From contig NC_086108.1 in assembly GCF_963921235.1 (NCBI RefSeq), forward strand, positions 11,656,001-11,720,000: a stretch of 64,000 nt of DNA, written 5' to 3'. Position 1 is the stretch's first letter. Each line of letters opens with the position of its first letter. The position numbers and the translations under genes were made by a program. Positions 24,103 through 37,700 of the stretch are shown here, piece by piece. The DNA comes from Mobula hypostoma. Its lineage: Eukaryota. The notes under the pieces are model-generated. The model did no database searches and was not told the DNA's origin. It saw only the letters and a program-made list of their open reading frames with translations.

Positions 24103-25974
24103 AGAAACCATAGAAAAACTACAGCACAGAAACAGGCCTTTTGGCCCTCCTTGGCTGTGCCGAACCATTTTCTGCCTAGTCCCACTGACCTGCACACGGA
24201 CCATATCCCTCCATACACCTCCCATCCACCTCCCATCCATGTATCTGTCCAATTTATTCTTAGATGTTAAAAAAGAACCCGCATTTACCACCTCGTCTGG
24301 CAGCTCATTCCATACTCCCACCACTCTCTGTGTGAAGAAGCCCCCCCTAATGTTCCCTTTAAACATTACCCCCCTCACCCTTAACCCATGTCCTCTGTTT
24401 TTTTTCTCCCTTTGCCTCAGTGGAAAAAGCCTGCTTGCATTCACTCTATCTGTACCCATCACAATTTTATATACCTCTATCAAATCTCCCCTCATTCTTC
24501 TACGCTCCAGGGAATAAAGTCCCAACCTATTCAACCTTTCTCTGTAACTGAGTTTCTCAAGTCCCGGCAACATCCTTGTAAACCTTCTCTGCACTCTTTC
24601 AACCTTACTTATATCCTTCCTGTAATTTGGTGACCAAAACTGAACACAATACTCCAGATTCGGCCTCACCAATGCCTTATACAACCTCATCATAACATTC
24701 CAGCTCTTATACTCAATACTTTGATCAATAAAGGCCAATGTACCAAAAGCTCTCTTTACGACCCTATCTACCTGTGACGCAACTTTTAGGGAATTTTGTA
24801 TCTGTATTCCCAGACCCCTCTGTTCTACTGCACTCCTCAGTGCTTTACCATTAACCCTGTATGTTCTACCTTGGTTTGTCATTCCAACGTGCAATACCTC
24901 ACACTTGTCAGTATTAAACTCCATTTGCCATTTTTCAGCCCATTTTTCCAGCTGGTCCAAGTCCCTCTGCAGGCTCTGAAAACCTTCCTCACTGTCTACT
25001 ACACCTCCAATCTTTGTATCATCAGCAAATTTGCTGATCCAATTTACCACATTATCATCCAGATCATTGATATAGATGACAAATAACAATGGACCCAGCA
25101 CTGATCCCTGTGGCACACCACTGGTCACAGCCCTCCACTCGGAGAAGCAATTTTCTACTACCACTCTTTGGCTTCTTCCATTGAGTCAATGTCTGATCCA
25201 ATTTACCACCTCTCCATATATATCTAGCAAATGAATTTTCCTAACTAACCTCCCATGCGGGACCTTGTCAAAGGCCTTACTGAAATCCATGTAGACAATA
25301 TCCACTGGCTTCCCTTCATCCACTTTCCTGGTAACCTCCTCGAAAAACTCCAATAGATTGGTCAAACATGACCTACCACGCACAAAGCCATGTTGACTCT
25401 CCCTAATAAGTCTCTGTCTATCCAAATGCTTGTAGGTTCTGTCTCTTAGTACGCTCTCCAATAACTTACCTACTACTGGCCTATAATTTCCCAGACTACT
25501 TTTCGATCCTTTTTTAAACAACGGAACGACATGAGCCACTCTCCAATCCTCCGGCACCTCACCTGTAGACAGCGACATTTTAAATATTTCTGCCAGGGCC
25601 CCTGCAATTTCAACACTAGTCTCCTTCAAGGTCCGAGGGAACACTCTGTCAGGTCCCGGGGATTTATCCACTTTAATTTTCCTCAAGACAGCAAGCACCT
25701 CCTCCTTTTCAATCTGTACAGTTTCCATGATCTCACTACTTGTTTCCCTTAATTCCATAGACTTCATGCCAGTTTCCTTAGTAAATACAGACGCAAAAAA
25801 ACTATTTAAGATCTCCCCCATTTCCTTTGGTTCCATACATAGCCGACCACTCTGAACTTCAAGAGGACCAATTTTATCCCTTACAATCCTTCTGCTCTTA
25901 ATATACCTGTAAAAGCTCTTTGGATTATCCTTCACTTTGACCGCCAAGGCAACCTCATGTCTTCTTTTAGCCCT
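24103..25974 (-). mobile_element. 5'-truncated CR1 inserted in the Gypsy integrase
   Basis: ORFs 25186..26178 (in part) and 24088..25164 ([23 protein letters not shown]); tail (TTCTATGG) at 24103-24116; integrase sequence resumes at about 25975. Confidence 0.93.
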
Positions 25975-26863
25975 GGACCAGAGCGGCACTACCACCGCCG
26001 ATAGGCTCGCGGAGGAGTTCTTCTGCCGTATCGGCATCCCTGTGGAACTCCACAGTGACCAGGGGTGCAGCTTTGAAGCGCAGACCTTGGTGAGGTCTGC
26101 TGGCAGCTGGGAATCACCAAAACGTGGACCAGCCACTTCACCCGCAAAGTGTGGCCTGGTGGAGTGCTTTAACCACACCCTAGCAATGCCTTTCTGAATT
26201 ATCCAGAACCAGCATGATTGGGACCGCCACCTACCCCCAGTACTGTGGGCATAGCGGACAGCAGTTCAGGAGAGGACCAGATTTACACTGGCTGTGATGT
26301 TTTGGGGGGAGTTGCACACGCCAGTGGATCTGGTGTCTGCCCCCCGCCCCTCCTGAACTAGAGATTTCTGGGGAAGCTGGGTTGGAGTACCTGCAGCACC
26401 TCAGGGGGTGCATGCAGGTTGTTCACGTTGCGGTTTGGTAAAACCAAAGCCAAAATTGGACTTATGATCTCCGCGGCTGGGGACAGGGCCTTACTGGGGG
26501 TATCTAAGTATGGATCTACTGCCCCTCCTGGAAGCAGGGGCTGTCCTCCAAGTTGGGAAGGCACTGGAAGGGGCCAGGAGAGCGCTCGAACACATCTCCG
26601 ATGTGGTATGCCAAGTGCGGTTGCCTGCACCAGGACTGGCTTACGTCATATCAATCCTTAGCCACCAGTGACCCAGTGAGGCTGAAGGAAGGAAGCCACT
26701 CTCCGAGTTCCCTACCTCTTGCCTCTCCAAACAGTGCCTCCCTGTGGTGAGGAGGGGAGGCTCCAGACAACACCACCACCCCGCCTCCCCATGCCCCAGG
26801 TGGCAACATCTATTCTTGGACTTTAATCTGGACTCTGGGGTTGCCGGGGATGGCTAACCCATC

Positions 26864-26875
26864 AGGTGGGGGCAG
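26864..26875 (+). promoter_or_regulatory. Polypurine tract
   Basis: aggtgggggcag directly upstream of the 3' LTR. Confidence 0.7.
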
Positions 26876-27183
26876 CGTGGTGCTCCAGAAGTGTGGTCAA
26901 CAGCCTGCCCCCGCATTCCTTGTAGACAGCACTACTTATTGTTCTTGTTTTAAAATGAGTTCCTGGGATTTATGGTGAGATGTTCAAGTTCATTTACTGT
27001 TACATTTTAGCTCGGGTTATACAGTTACTCACTCGTGTGTTTGTGGGTCACCCTGACTGTAACCAGACTGTGTAATAATCACCTCCCCTGTGTGTACGTG
27101 ACTGCACACCCTGGGTCATAACACCTGGTCTGTTTTTGCCACAATAAAGTTGTCAGTTGAGACAATTAAGCTTTTCTCGTCTG
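26876..27183 (+). repeat. 3' LTR of the Gypsy element (terminal bases lost)
   Basis: cgtggtgctccag...ttattgttcttgttttaaaatg...cactcgtgtgtttgtgggtc...tgtcagttgaga matches the 5' LTR. Confidence 0.88.
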
Positions 27184-29582
27184 CTCCGTCATTCAATCAT
27201 GGCTGATCCTTTTTTCCTCTCTCCTGCTCAACCCCAGTTCCCAGCCTTCTCCCCATAACTTTTGATGCCATGTCCACCCAATGACCTGGCCTCCACAGCT
27301 GCATGTGGCAACAAATTTCACAACTTCACCACCCTTTGGCTAAAGAAATGCCTTTGCATCTCTGTTTTGAAAGGGCGCCCCTCTACCCTGAGGCTGTGCC
27401 CTCTTGTCATAAACTCTTCCACCATGGGAAACATCCTTTCTACATCTACCCTGTTTAGGCCTTTCAACATTCAAAAGGCTTCAGTGAGATCCCCCCATCC
27501 CCCCCTCATCCTTCTGAATTCCAGTGAGTACAGACCCAGAGTCATCAAACCTTCCTCGTATGATAACTCTTCCATTCCTGAAATCATCCTTGTGAACCTC
27601 CTCTCCAATGCCAGCACATCTTTTCTAAGATGAGGGGCCCAAAACTGTTCACAATACTCAAGGTGAGGCCTCACCAGTGCCTTATAAAGCCTCAGCATCA
27701 CATCCCTTCTCTTGTATTCTAGACCTCTTGAAATGAATACCAACATGGCATTTGCCTTCCTCACCAGCGACTCAACCTTCAGGGTGTTCTGCACAAGGAC
27801 TCCCAAGTCCCTCTGCACCTCAGATTCCTGGATTCTCTCCCCATTTAGAAAATAGTCCGCACGTTTATTTCTACTACAAAAGTGTATGACCATGAATTTT
27901 CCAACATTGTATTTCATTTGTCACATTCTTGCCCATTCTCTGAATTTGTCTAAATCCTTCTGCATACTACCTGTTTCCTGAACAATACCTGCCCCTCCAC
28001 CAATCTTTGTATCATCTGCAAACCTGGCAACAAAGACATCTATTCCATCATCTAAATTATTTATATACAACATGAAAAGAAGTGGTCCCAGCACTGACCC
28101 CTGCAAAAAACCACTAGTTACTTGGTAAGCAGCCTCATGTGTGGCACCTTGTCAAAGGCCTTTTGAAAGTCCAAATATACAACATCTACTGCATCCCCTT
28201 TATCTATCCTACTTGTAATCTCCTCAAAGAATTCCAACGGGTTTATCATGCAGGATTTTCCCTGACTTTGTACTATCTTTTCCTGTGTCACCAATTACTC
28301 CATCACCTCATCCTTAACAATTGACTCTAACATCTTCCCAACCACTGAGGTCAGGCTAACTGGTCCATAATTTCCCTTCTGGTTCCTTCCTCCTTTCTTA
28401 ATGAGTGGAGTAACGTTTGCAATTTTCCAGTCCTCTGGGACCATGCCAGAGTCCAATGATTTTTGAAAGATCATATCTAATGCCACCACAATCTCTAACG
28501 CTACCTCTTTCAGAACCCTAGGGTGCAGTTCATCTGGTCCAGGTGACTTATCTACCTATAGGTCTTTCCGCTTTTTGAGCACCGTCTCTCTTGTAATAGT
28601 AACTGTACCCATTTCTCTTCCTTTGCACACTACAACATCAGGCATACTGCTTGTGTCTTCCACAGTGAAGACTGATGCAAACTTCTCATTTAGTTCAGCA
28701 GCCATCTCCTTGTCCCCTGTTATTATTTCACCTGCCTCATTTTCTAGCAGTCCTTTATCCACTCTCATTCCTCTTTTATTTTTAACATACTTGAAAAAAA
28801 CATTTACTGTCCATTTTGATATTATTTGCTAGCTTGCTGTCATATTTTAGCTGTTCCTTTCTAATGAGTTTTTAGTTGCTCTCTGCAGTTTTTTAAAAAC
28901 TTCCCAATCTTCTATCTTCCCACTAATTTTTGCTTTGTTGTATGCCTTTTTTTTTGCTTTTACAATAGCTTTGACTTCCCTTGTCACCCACAGCTGTACT
29001 ATTTTTCCATTTGAGTATTTCTTCATTTTTGGAATACACGTCCTGCACCTTTCTCATTTTTCCCAGAAGAGCACGCCATTGCGGCTGTGCAGACATCCTC
29101 GCCAGCAGCTTCTTCCAATTTACTTTGGCCCACTCCTCTCTCATACCACTGTAATTTCGCTTACTCCACTGAAATACTGCTACATCAGACCTTATTTTCT
29201 CCTTATCAAATTTCAAGTTGAACACAATCATATTGTGATTACTGGTTCCTAAGTGTTATTCTACCTTAAGCTCCCTAATCGCCTCCAGTTCATTATATAA
29301 CACTCAATTCAGTATATCTGATCCCCTAGTAGGCTCAACGACAAATTGCTCTAAAAAGCTATCTCTTAGGCATTCAACAAACTCACCCTCTTGAGATCCA
29401 TTACCAACCTGATTTTCCTCATCGATTTGCATGTTAAACTCTCCCATCACAACCATAAAGTTACCCTTTTGACTTGCCTTTTCTATTTCCTGTTGTAACC
29501 TGTGGTCCACCTCCCAGCCACTGTTGGGAGGCCTGTATATAACTGCCATCAGGGTCCTGTTACCCTTGCAGTTTCCTAACTC
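27184..29582 (-). mobile_element. Degraded CR1 LINE with internal deletions
   Basis: Fragments IYRPPNS..MGEFN (29304..29549), PEDWKIANV, RFADDTK (27921..28106) and [13 protein letters not shown] (27471..27917). Confidence 0.9.
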
Positions 29583-30257
29583 TTACTGACATTGAGTGCA
29601 AGACTCACAGATGCAAGTATTGGTATCGGTATTGGTGTGTTATTGTCACATGTACCCAGATACATCGAGTTGAAAGATACATGTGTGTGCGGAAGGTGAG
29701 TGGGTGTTCATGCGTCCTCCAGCCTCGCTCTCGCTGCTGCGGAAGGAAAATGTCTGCGACTGATGGTCTCTCTCCCTCTCGCTCGCTACTCCCGGAGTAA
29801 GGTTCCTGCATTCAAATGGTCTCTTTCTTTCACTCGGTGATGTCGGATGATGGTGCCTGCATTCTGGATCGTGGACAAGGTTTAATTGATGCACTTTTTG
29901 GAATAGACTCTGTAGTTCAGATATCACTGTGATGATTGTACACGCGAGTATCAATTGTTTGGCGACAATAAAGTGAAGTGAAGTAAAGTAAAGTTCAAGT
30001 TATGATGTGTTTCTGGTATCTGGTCGCTCCTTTTGTTGTCACTATTTTGGGCAATTTTGAATCAGGGTGATCTGCAGATAACAACCACTGAGCTGAACTG
30101 AATATGTCTGGACTCTTTCAATTTTGTGTATATATTCTGTGTATTTTGCTTGTTTATTTTTTTGTTGCCATTTCCTAGGCACACCACCCTCACCATTCCT
30201 AGCATTATTTTCTCCTACCATGTTTACAAACTCGCTCTCCACTCCACATTAACAAAC

Positions 30258-30410
30258 ACAGTACTGTGCAAAATTCTTAGGCACAGTACTGTATGGTTTC
30301 TATGGTTTCTATAGTTACTGTATTTGTGTATGTATGCAGTATATATATGTGTAAGACTTTTGCACAATACTGTTGTATATATGTACGTAAGACTTTTGCA
30401 CAGTACTGTT
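30258..30410. mobile_element. Cluster of short Tc1-like TIR motifs (cagtactgtgcaaaa...aggcac)
   Basis: Motif occurs in both orientations here and at about 12328, 12575 and 13832. Confidence 0.6.
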
Positions 30411-31125
30411 GAGTCAAAGTCCATGGAGGGGAGGGTGGTGCCCTGAACTGTGTCAACAACTCTCTACAGATTCTTGCAATCACAGGCAGAGCAGATACAG
30501 CAGAAAGCTATTTTGCATCCAGACAGAAAGCTTTCTATTGTGCATCCTTAAAAATTGGTAGGAATTGACAGAGACATGTCAAGTTTCTTTAGCTTCCAAA
30601 GGAAATAGAAGCATTGGTGAGCTTTCTTGGGAGTGACATCAATGTGGTTAGACCAGGAAAGGCTATTGGTGATATTGACTCCCAGAACCCTGAAGCCGTT
30701 GATGTAGATGGGAGTATGTGCAAGAAAGTAACAGTGAGGATTCTGTACTCCCTGACTGGACAATCTTGATAGAATGAGTTCAGGCAGGGAGCACCTATAA
30801 TTAAATCCCAACATTCAGATGTAAGTGCATGACCAGGTTTGTGAAACCACATTGAGCAGATGATAAGAGATTAAGTCACTTCAAGAAGTTTAATCTACTC
30901 ATTATGCAATAATTAACCTTTCCTGCACTGCAAATTATTTTTTCTCTGTTCTCCTTCTTTCAATTATTAACAACTGCAAAAGTTGAAAACCTTCAAAGAT
31001 AAATTGTTAAGATCACAATTACTGAGTCAGATTGGTTAAGAAGAAACCCTGTTACTGTTCACTCAGTTCCCAGGTGGTTAATCCTCTGGCTGCACTTTAT
31101 TTGATCAGTCTTTCTACAGCCCAAA

Positions 31126-31411
31126 GGGGGCAGCACAGTAGTGTAGTGGTTAGCACAATGCTTTACAGTACCAGCAGATTGGATTCAATTCACGGCTCTG
31201 CCTGTAAGGAGTTTGTATGTTCTCCCCATGACCACCTGTATTTCCTCCAGGTGCTCCAGTTTCCTCCCACAGTCCAAAGACCTACCGGTTGGTAGGTTAT
31301 TTGGTCATCATAAATTGTCCCATGTTAGGCTGGCATTAAATCAGGGGATTTTTGGGCAGCACGGCTTGAAGGGCGTATTCTGTGCTGTATCTCAATAAAT
31401 AAATAAATAAA
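31126..31411 (+). mobile_element. tRNA-derived V-SINE (HE1-type)
   Basis: gggcagcacagtagtgtagtggttagc...ggattcaattc..., V-domain 'ggagtttgtatgttctcccc...ccagtttcctcccacagtccaaagac', and a (TAAA)n tail. Confidence 0.82.
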
Positions 31412-32479
31412 ATTCTCTATCGCGAAAGGTCCAGCTCCAAGCCAACCCTCTGTTTCATCGAATCACTGTGTTCCAGGGTAATCGCAACCCCAAGTTACGG
31501 CTGTGCTCCTGGAGTGGGGTGAAACAATATCATCCATCTACTCGGTTCCATATTAACGAATTATTATGCAAAGTTAATTTACATGTGTTGATAAGTTGGT
31601 AATATGGGTCTTTGGGCACCAGAAGGCAACTCCTCCCAGCTCATCAACGAAACAGTTAAATTCCTCCTCTTCTGTGTCTCAATTTTCCTTTTCAGAGTGT
31701 CTGGGGTCCTGTCAGGATCTTTGATCTACAGTGGCACTCAAACTGCGGTTCTGCGTGGTGGTGCGTTCCCATTCTTGGAGCCCACTGATAGGCCGCGTTT
31801 CAATATGTCCAGGTTCGGTCTGAAGTCGGACTCCTTTGGGTTTGCAGCCTTGCGTGGCCCCTGTGGACATGAATTCCCACCAGCATCACAAATGGTAGTG
31901 TAACACAAGCCGGAACATCGAAGACAGCAAAAGTGACTGTTGGAGGACTCTGCATTTGGTGATCGATCACTCTCTCTCTCAATGGTTAGTGAGAGTTTAC
32001 TGCCGATTCTCGAGTCGGGGGAATGCAAAATAAACAGCAATGCTTCATATTGACTGTAACATCAAACCAGTGACTGTTGTCTCCCCTCTCACTGTCGAAG
32101 GAGCGATATCTGTCTCTCCCCTTTGTTAGTGAGAGAGAGAACCTGAGGGATGTCAAAATGTTGGAGTGAGCAGTTAGCTTTTGATGGACTGTAGACCATG
32201 GTCTCTCTTTGGGGACTTTGCTGTGGTTTGCATGGTAGGTTGTGGGAGTGCTGATGCTTTATGTTAGATTAAGTTGGGGGAGGGTAGGAGGAGAGTTAAT
32301 GCGGTTTGTGTGTGGTAGAGGGGCAGGAGATTCTGGGGTTCTTACTTTTTCTTCTGTCATTTATTCTTTGAGGTTTTTTCCTTCTGTTTTGTGGATGTCT
32401 GTGAAGAGTAAGAATTTTAAGTTCTATACTGTAATTTTAAATGGAACCATTGAACCATTTTGGCGTCTTGGTCTTTATT

Positions 32480-33890
32480 AGTTGAGGAATTGAGTTCAGG
32501 AGCAGGGAAGGTATGTTGCAGATTTACAAGCCTGCTTAGCCTGCATCTGGAGTGCTGCAATCAAATCTGGTCACAAAATTGAAAGAATGATGAGAGGTTC
32601 TGGAGGCGGTGCAGAAGAGTTTTACCAGGAACCTTCCTGGATTAGAGGGCGAGTGCTATAATGAGAGGTTGGACCAACTTCGGAGGCTGATGGGAGTCCT
32701 GCTAGAGGTTTATAAGATTGTGAGAGGCATAGATAGAGTGGACAGACAGCAATTTTTTCTCCCCCCAGTGTTGAAATGTCCAATGGCAGAGGGGGTGTGA
32801 GAGAGGATAATTTCATAGGGGATGTGGGGGACAAGTTCTTTATTTAGAGGGTGGTGGATGCCTGGAATGAGCTGCCTGGGGTGGTGGTAGAGACAAATAT
32901 GATAGAGGGTTCAAACAGGCTCTTTGATAGACATATGAATGTGAGAAAAATGGAAGGATATGGACCATAAGACCATAGGATATAGGAACAGAATTCGGCC
33001 ACTTAACCCATTGAGTCTGCTCCACCATTACGTCATGGCTGATCCATATCTCTCTCAGCCCCAATCTCCTGCCTTCTCCCCGTATCCCTTCAAGCCCTGA
33101 CTAATCAAAAATCTATCAACCTCTGCCTTAAATATACCCAATGACTTGGCCTCTGCAGCTGCCTATGGCAATGAATTCCACAGATTCCCCTCTGGCTAAT
33201 GAAATTCCTCCTCATCTCCATTCTAAATGGATGTCCCTCTATTCTGAAGCTGTGTCCTCTGGTCTTAGACTGCCCCACCATAGGAAACATTCACTCTATG
33301 AGGCCTTTCAATATCAATGGGTTTCAATGAACCTAGGTTTCATTCTTCTGAATTTTTCGTGAGTACAGACCCAGAGCCATCAAACACTCCTCAAAGGACA
33401 AACCTTTCAATCATAAAATCATTTTCCTGAACCTCTTTTGAACCCTCTCCAATATCTATACATCCTTTCTGAGATAAACGGCCCAAAACTACTCACAATA
33501 CTCCAAGTGAGGCCTCACCAATGCTTTATAAAGTCTCAACATTACATTCTTGCATTGATATTCTAGTTCTCTTGAAATGAGTGCTAACATTGCATTTGCC
33601 TTCCTCACCACCAACTCAACCTGCAAATTAACCTTTAGGAAATGCTGCTTGAGAACTCCCAAGTCCCTGTAATTTTTTGAATTTTCTCTTCATTTCAAAA
33701 ATAGTCTTTTATTTCTTCTATCAAAGTACATGACCATACACCTCCTGACACTGTCTTCCATGGACATTGTGTGGCTGGAGGGATTCGTTTGCTATTTGAA
33801 TACTAATTTATTGGTTTGGCACAACATTGCAGGCTGAAGGGCCTGTTCCTGTGCTTTACTGCTCTATGTTCTATGTACTCTATTGAATGG
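32480..33890 (+). mobile_element. CR1 3' fragment (+) interrupted by an antisense CR1 3' fragment (32966-33759)
   Basis: TSD atggac at 32960-32965 and 33760-33765; each part has CR1 end motifs and tails. Confidence 0.8.
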
Positions 33891-35227
33891 CATTGATTTC
33901 TGGTAAGGTTTTTCTTATTGAAGTTTTCAATATCGATGTCACAATGTCCCATGGAGTAGCAGGTTCTGCAGCTCTGATAATTAACTCCCGATGGAGAGAC
34001 TGTAGTATTGACTCTCTGTTTCACCTGGCCTGACTGCTAAACAGTGCATTTGCAAAACTTGCAGGTCTATCTTTCCCAGGACACGCCATTCACGCTTATT
34101 TATCTGTTTGCCGACTTTTCACATCGTATCGATTCCTGGAAATCAATATGCCAACCCTACAATGACAAATTTCATCTCTAAGTCTCTGACACATTGTGAA
34201 TTTTCAGCACCAGTTCTTACAACTGCACTGATTTCAGACAACAGCTGTCTTGCGAGCTGTTTTACTCAACAAGATTGGACATCTTCCACTCTAGTCTGTT
34301 TGATTAGCCCAGACTCTCTGCTTTGCTGTCATTTTGAAGGCACGCATTCATGGATTCCGGAACAGCTTCTTTCCCTCAGCCACCTGATTTCTGAATGGAC
34401 ATTGAACCCTTGAACACTTCCTCACTACTTCTTTTCCTCTTTTTAAATTAAATACTACTTACTTAATTTAATTTAATTAGAAAGACTCTCTTACTTTCAT
34501 TTACAGTATTTATATTATTATGTTTTGCAGTGGAGTACTGATGCATAAGTCAAGTCAAGTTTACTGTCATTTATACCGTTAAACGAGACACGGTTTCTCT
34601 GGAACAGGGTGTTAAAGCACGGTAGTACTCAGAACACACACTAACTTATGAAAGTAGGTATGAAATCAATAGATGAATTATGCATAAATATAGAAAGTGA
34701 AGAGCATAAATTAAGAATTGTAAGGTACAGAACAGATTATCCGGGGACACTTTGACTGTGATGCGGCAGGGAGTTCAGAACCCTCATGGCCTGAGGGAAG
34801 AAGCTGTTTCCCATCCTGACCGTTCTTGTCTTTATGCATCAGAGTCTCCTGCCTGATGGTAGAAAGTCGAAGAGGATGCTGGATGGGTGGGTGGGATCCT
34901 TGATTATACCAAGAGCCCTGCGTATGATGAATTCAATGACATATGCCAGTGATCTTAAACATGATTCAGAGTCTGATTTTCTCTCCTGACGGAGCAGATC
35001 TGCGCTGGGTACATGGCCCTGTGTCATTAATCCTGATGGGTGAGTTCACATTTCTTAGCTTTGAAACTGTTGACTTTGACCCAAGGATCTAATCTATCAT
35101 GCGTCCTGACTGGAGTGACTGCAGCATTAGCACCGCCTTGCTGAGATTTATGTGATTCACCTCCTTGCTGTATAGGTTTGACTTTGTCCTGCTTCTTCTG
35201 GACTAAACAAGCCTAGACAATGAACAG

Positions 35228-35265
<38 letters not shown>
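35228..35265. repeat. (CA)n microsatellite
   Basis: Seen directly. Confidence 0.95.
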
Positions 35266-35267
<2 letters not shown>

Positions 35268-35434
35268 TCTCTTTTTCTGACCTGCCTGCAAGAGGCCGAT
35301 GAATCTGGACTCTCCAAATCCAAGCAACAGCATCATATCTGAGGAAATGTGGGTCAGTGTGGAAGGAAAAATGAGATGTACTAAGTCCCACAAGGTGAAA
35401 TATTGTCTGTGCTTCACAAACATATGAGCAGCAA

Positions 35435-35845
35435 CTGAAGTCTCTGGGCTTGTACTCACTGGAATTTAGAAGAATAAGTGAGGGATCTCATTGAAACCTA
35501 TCTAATGCTGAAAGACTGTGATAGGGTGGATGTTCCTTATGGTGGGGGAGTCTAGGACTAGAGCACACAGCCTCAGACTAGAGGGACGTACATTTAGAAC
35601 GGAAATGAGGGGGAATCTTTTTGGCCAGACAGTGGTGAATCTGTAGAATTTGTTGCAACAGTCAGCTGTGGAGGCCGCCATTGGGTACATTTAAGGTGGA
35701 GGTTGATAGGTTCTTGATCAGTCAGAGTGTGAAAGATTATGGGAAGAAGGCTGGACAATGGGGTTGAGGGAGAAATAGTTCAGCCATGCTGAAATGGGGA
35801 TGCAGACTTGCTGGGCCGAATGGCTCCTATGACTTTTGGTCCAAC
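35435..35845 (+). mobile_element. CR1 3' fragment
   Basis: ctgggcttgtactcactggaatttagaagaat...gggccgaatggctcct. Confidence 0.8.
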
Positions 35846-36044
35846 ATAAGTGGCAACATTAGAGTTCAGTTCATTACTCCGATCACTTTTCTAGATGTCT
35901 CCAAGTCCAGACACAACAGCCAGTGGTATTATTAGTTTCTCCTTCTCATCAGCCTGACCAGCAAGATCATTCTGGCAGCTTGTGAGGTTCCTTGGACTGT
36001 ATTATCACTCGTTAACTACACTCATCTCATAACTTTGACTCTTG

Positions 36045-36730
36045 GAGTCATAGAGCACAACAAGCACAGAAACAGACCCATCACACCATCTAGTCCCTGT
36101 CAAGTTGTTATTCTGCCGAGTCCCATACCTGGACCTCCATATCCAGGTAACTACCCAAACTTTTGAATGCTGCAATTGAACCTACATCTACCACTTCCAC
36201 CGGCAGCTCGTTCCACAAACTCACCACCCTCTGTGAAGAAGTTCCTCAGCAGGTTCCCCTTAAATATTTTACCTTTTACCTTTAACCGAGGATCTCTAGT
36301 TGTAGTATCACCCAACCTCAGTTGCATTGTTTGCATTGACATTGCAGCAGGCTCCCCATCTCTATGCAGCCAATGAATCCAAGGGAGAGTCCAGCTCTGA
36401 ATTTTTCCCTTGGGCTTAACCCTGAGACCTTCCCCATGAGCAGGTATATTTGCAATGCAGTGGAAGTTTGACATCAGAGTGTTCTTTCTCCTGTAACACC
36501 GTGAGTTTACTTCACACACCCAGTTCCTGTAGAAAATGCCATTTCCTCCCACACACCCAATTCCTGCCCTGATCAACTGTTTGGAACAGTCAGATTCTTG
36601 GGACTTTGAGATGAGATTGTGATCTCCTATCTACCCAACCCAAGCCTTGCCTGTTTCCACCAGCTGAAGGGTCCCTGATCCTCCTACACTCAAGGGAATA
36701 AAGCCTTTACCTATCTCAGGTCCTCAAGAG
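36045..36730 (-). mobile_element. CR1 3' fragment carrying the unclassified repeat (about 36325-36665)
   Basis: TTRDPRLKVKGKIFKGNLLRNFFT remnant in ORF 36151..36576. Confidence 0.65.
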
Positions 36731-37004
36731 CCAGCAAAATACTTGAAAATTCTTCTTGTAAAGAAAATCTTTGTAAAGAAGAGGCTCCCTCCTCTCTCTA
36801 AATCCCCCATAAACCCTTGCCCCATTATCTCCATTGTCACCTTGGTCTCATCCTGTCAGAGATATTTCCTTCGTCCTCTCCACCCACTTTTCTGCAAATT
36901 GCATCAACTTATTTTCTCATGTGCCCAGTTCTGATGAAGAATGAAGGATCTATGAGCTCACACATCAATCTGCTACAAATGCTACTACGAATACTGAACA
37001 ATTT

Positions 37005-37700
37005 GAATCAGAATCAGGTTTAATATCACCGGCATATGTCATGAAATTTGCTAACTTTATGGCAGCAGTACAAAGCAATACATAACAATGAGAGAAAAAC
37101 TGGAAATTACAGTAAGTATATATATGTATATTAAATAGTTCAGTTACATAAGTAGTGCAAAAACAGAAATAAAAAGTAGTGAGTTAGTGTTCATGGGTTC
37201 AAAGTCCATTCAGAAATCAGATGGCAGATAGGAAGAAGCTGTTCGTGAATCGTTGAATGTGGGCTTCTGTATCTCTTTCCTGATGATAACAGTGAGAAGA
37301 GGGCATGTCCTGGGTGGTGGAAGTGTGGGGAGGGGTCCTTAATGATGGTGCCAACTTTTTGAGGCACCACTCCTTGACAATGTCTTGGAGACTATGGAGG
37401 CTAGTACCCATGATGGAGCTAGCTCTTTAACAACTGGCTGCAGCTTGTTTTGATCCTGAGCAGTAGACCGTCCTTCCCCCCACCATACCATAAGGTGATG
37501 CAGCCAGTCAGAATGTTTTCCACAGTCCATCTGTAGTGTTTTAGGTACAACTCAAATCTCCTCAAACCCCTAATGAAATATACTTGTTATTTTGCCTTCT
37601 TTAAAGCTGCATCAATATGTTGGGACCAGGTTCGGTCCTCAAAAATATTAACTCCTGTGAAATTGCTCATTCACTCCACTTTTGAGAGATGTATTCGATG
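37005..37700 (-). mobile_element. Rex/Babar-like 3' fragment
   Basis: gaatcagaatcaggtttaatatc tail; homologous to 59430-60150. Confidence 0.75.

Larger units (their letters stand above)
20549..27183 (+). mobile_element. Decayed Gypsy/Ty3 LTR retrotransposon with two LTRs
   Basis: gag-like KLPRYNG...LALEGTAL...LEQRF (about 21680-22100); RT PWAAPTVLTRKKGG..FRVGYRHLNAVTQRDSYPRPRIDD...FSSLDL and MPLGLCNTPAT; integrase DILGSFP...YILVVINNFTKWPE and LHSDQGCSFE. RT-before-IN order; LTRs, PBS and PPT present. Confidence 0.92.

Noticed and set aside
25186..26178. 330-aa ORF that looks like a novel fusion protein
   Set aside because: Chance read-through from antisense Gypsy integrase sequence into a truncated CR1 ORF2.
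34201..34260. REST/RE1 silencer site (ttcagcacca)
   Set aside because: Only the left half-site; no GGACAG right half at canonical spacing.
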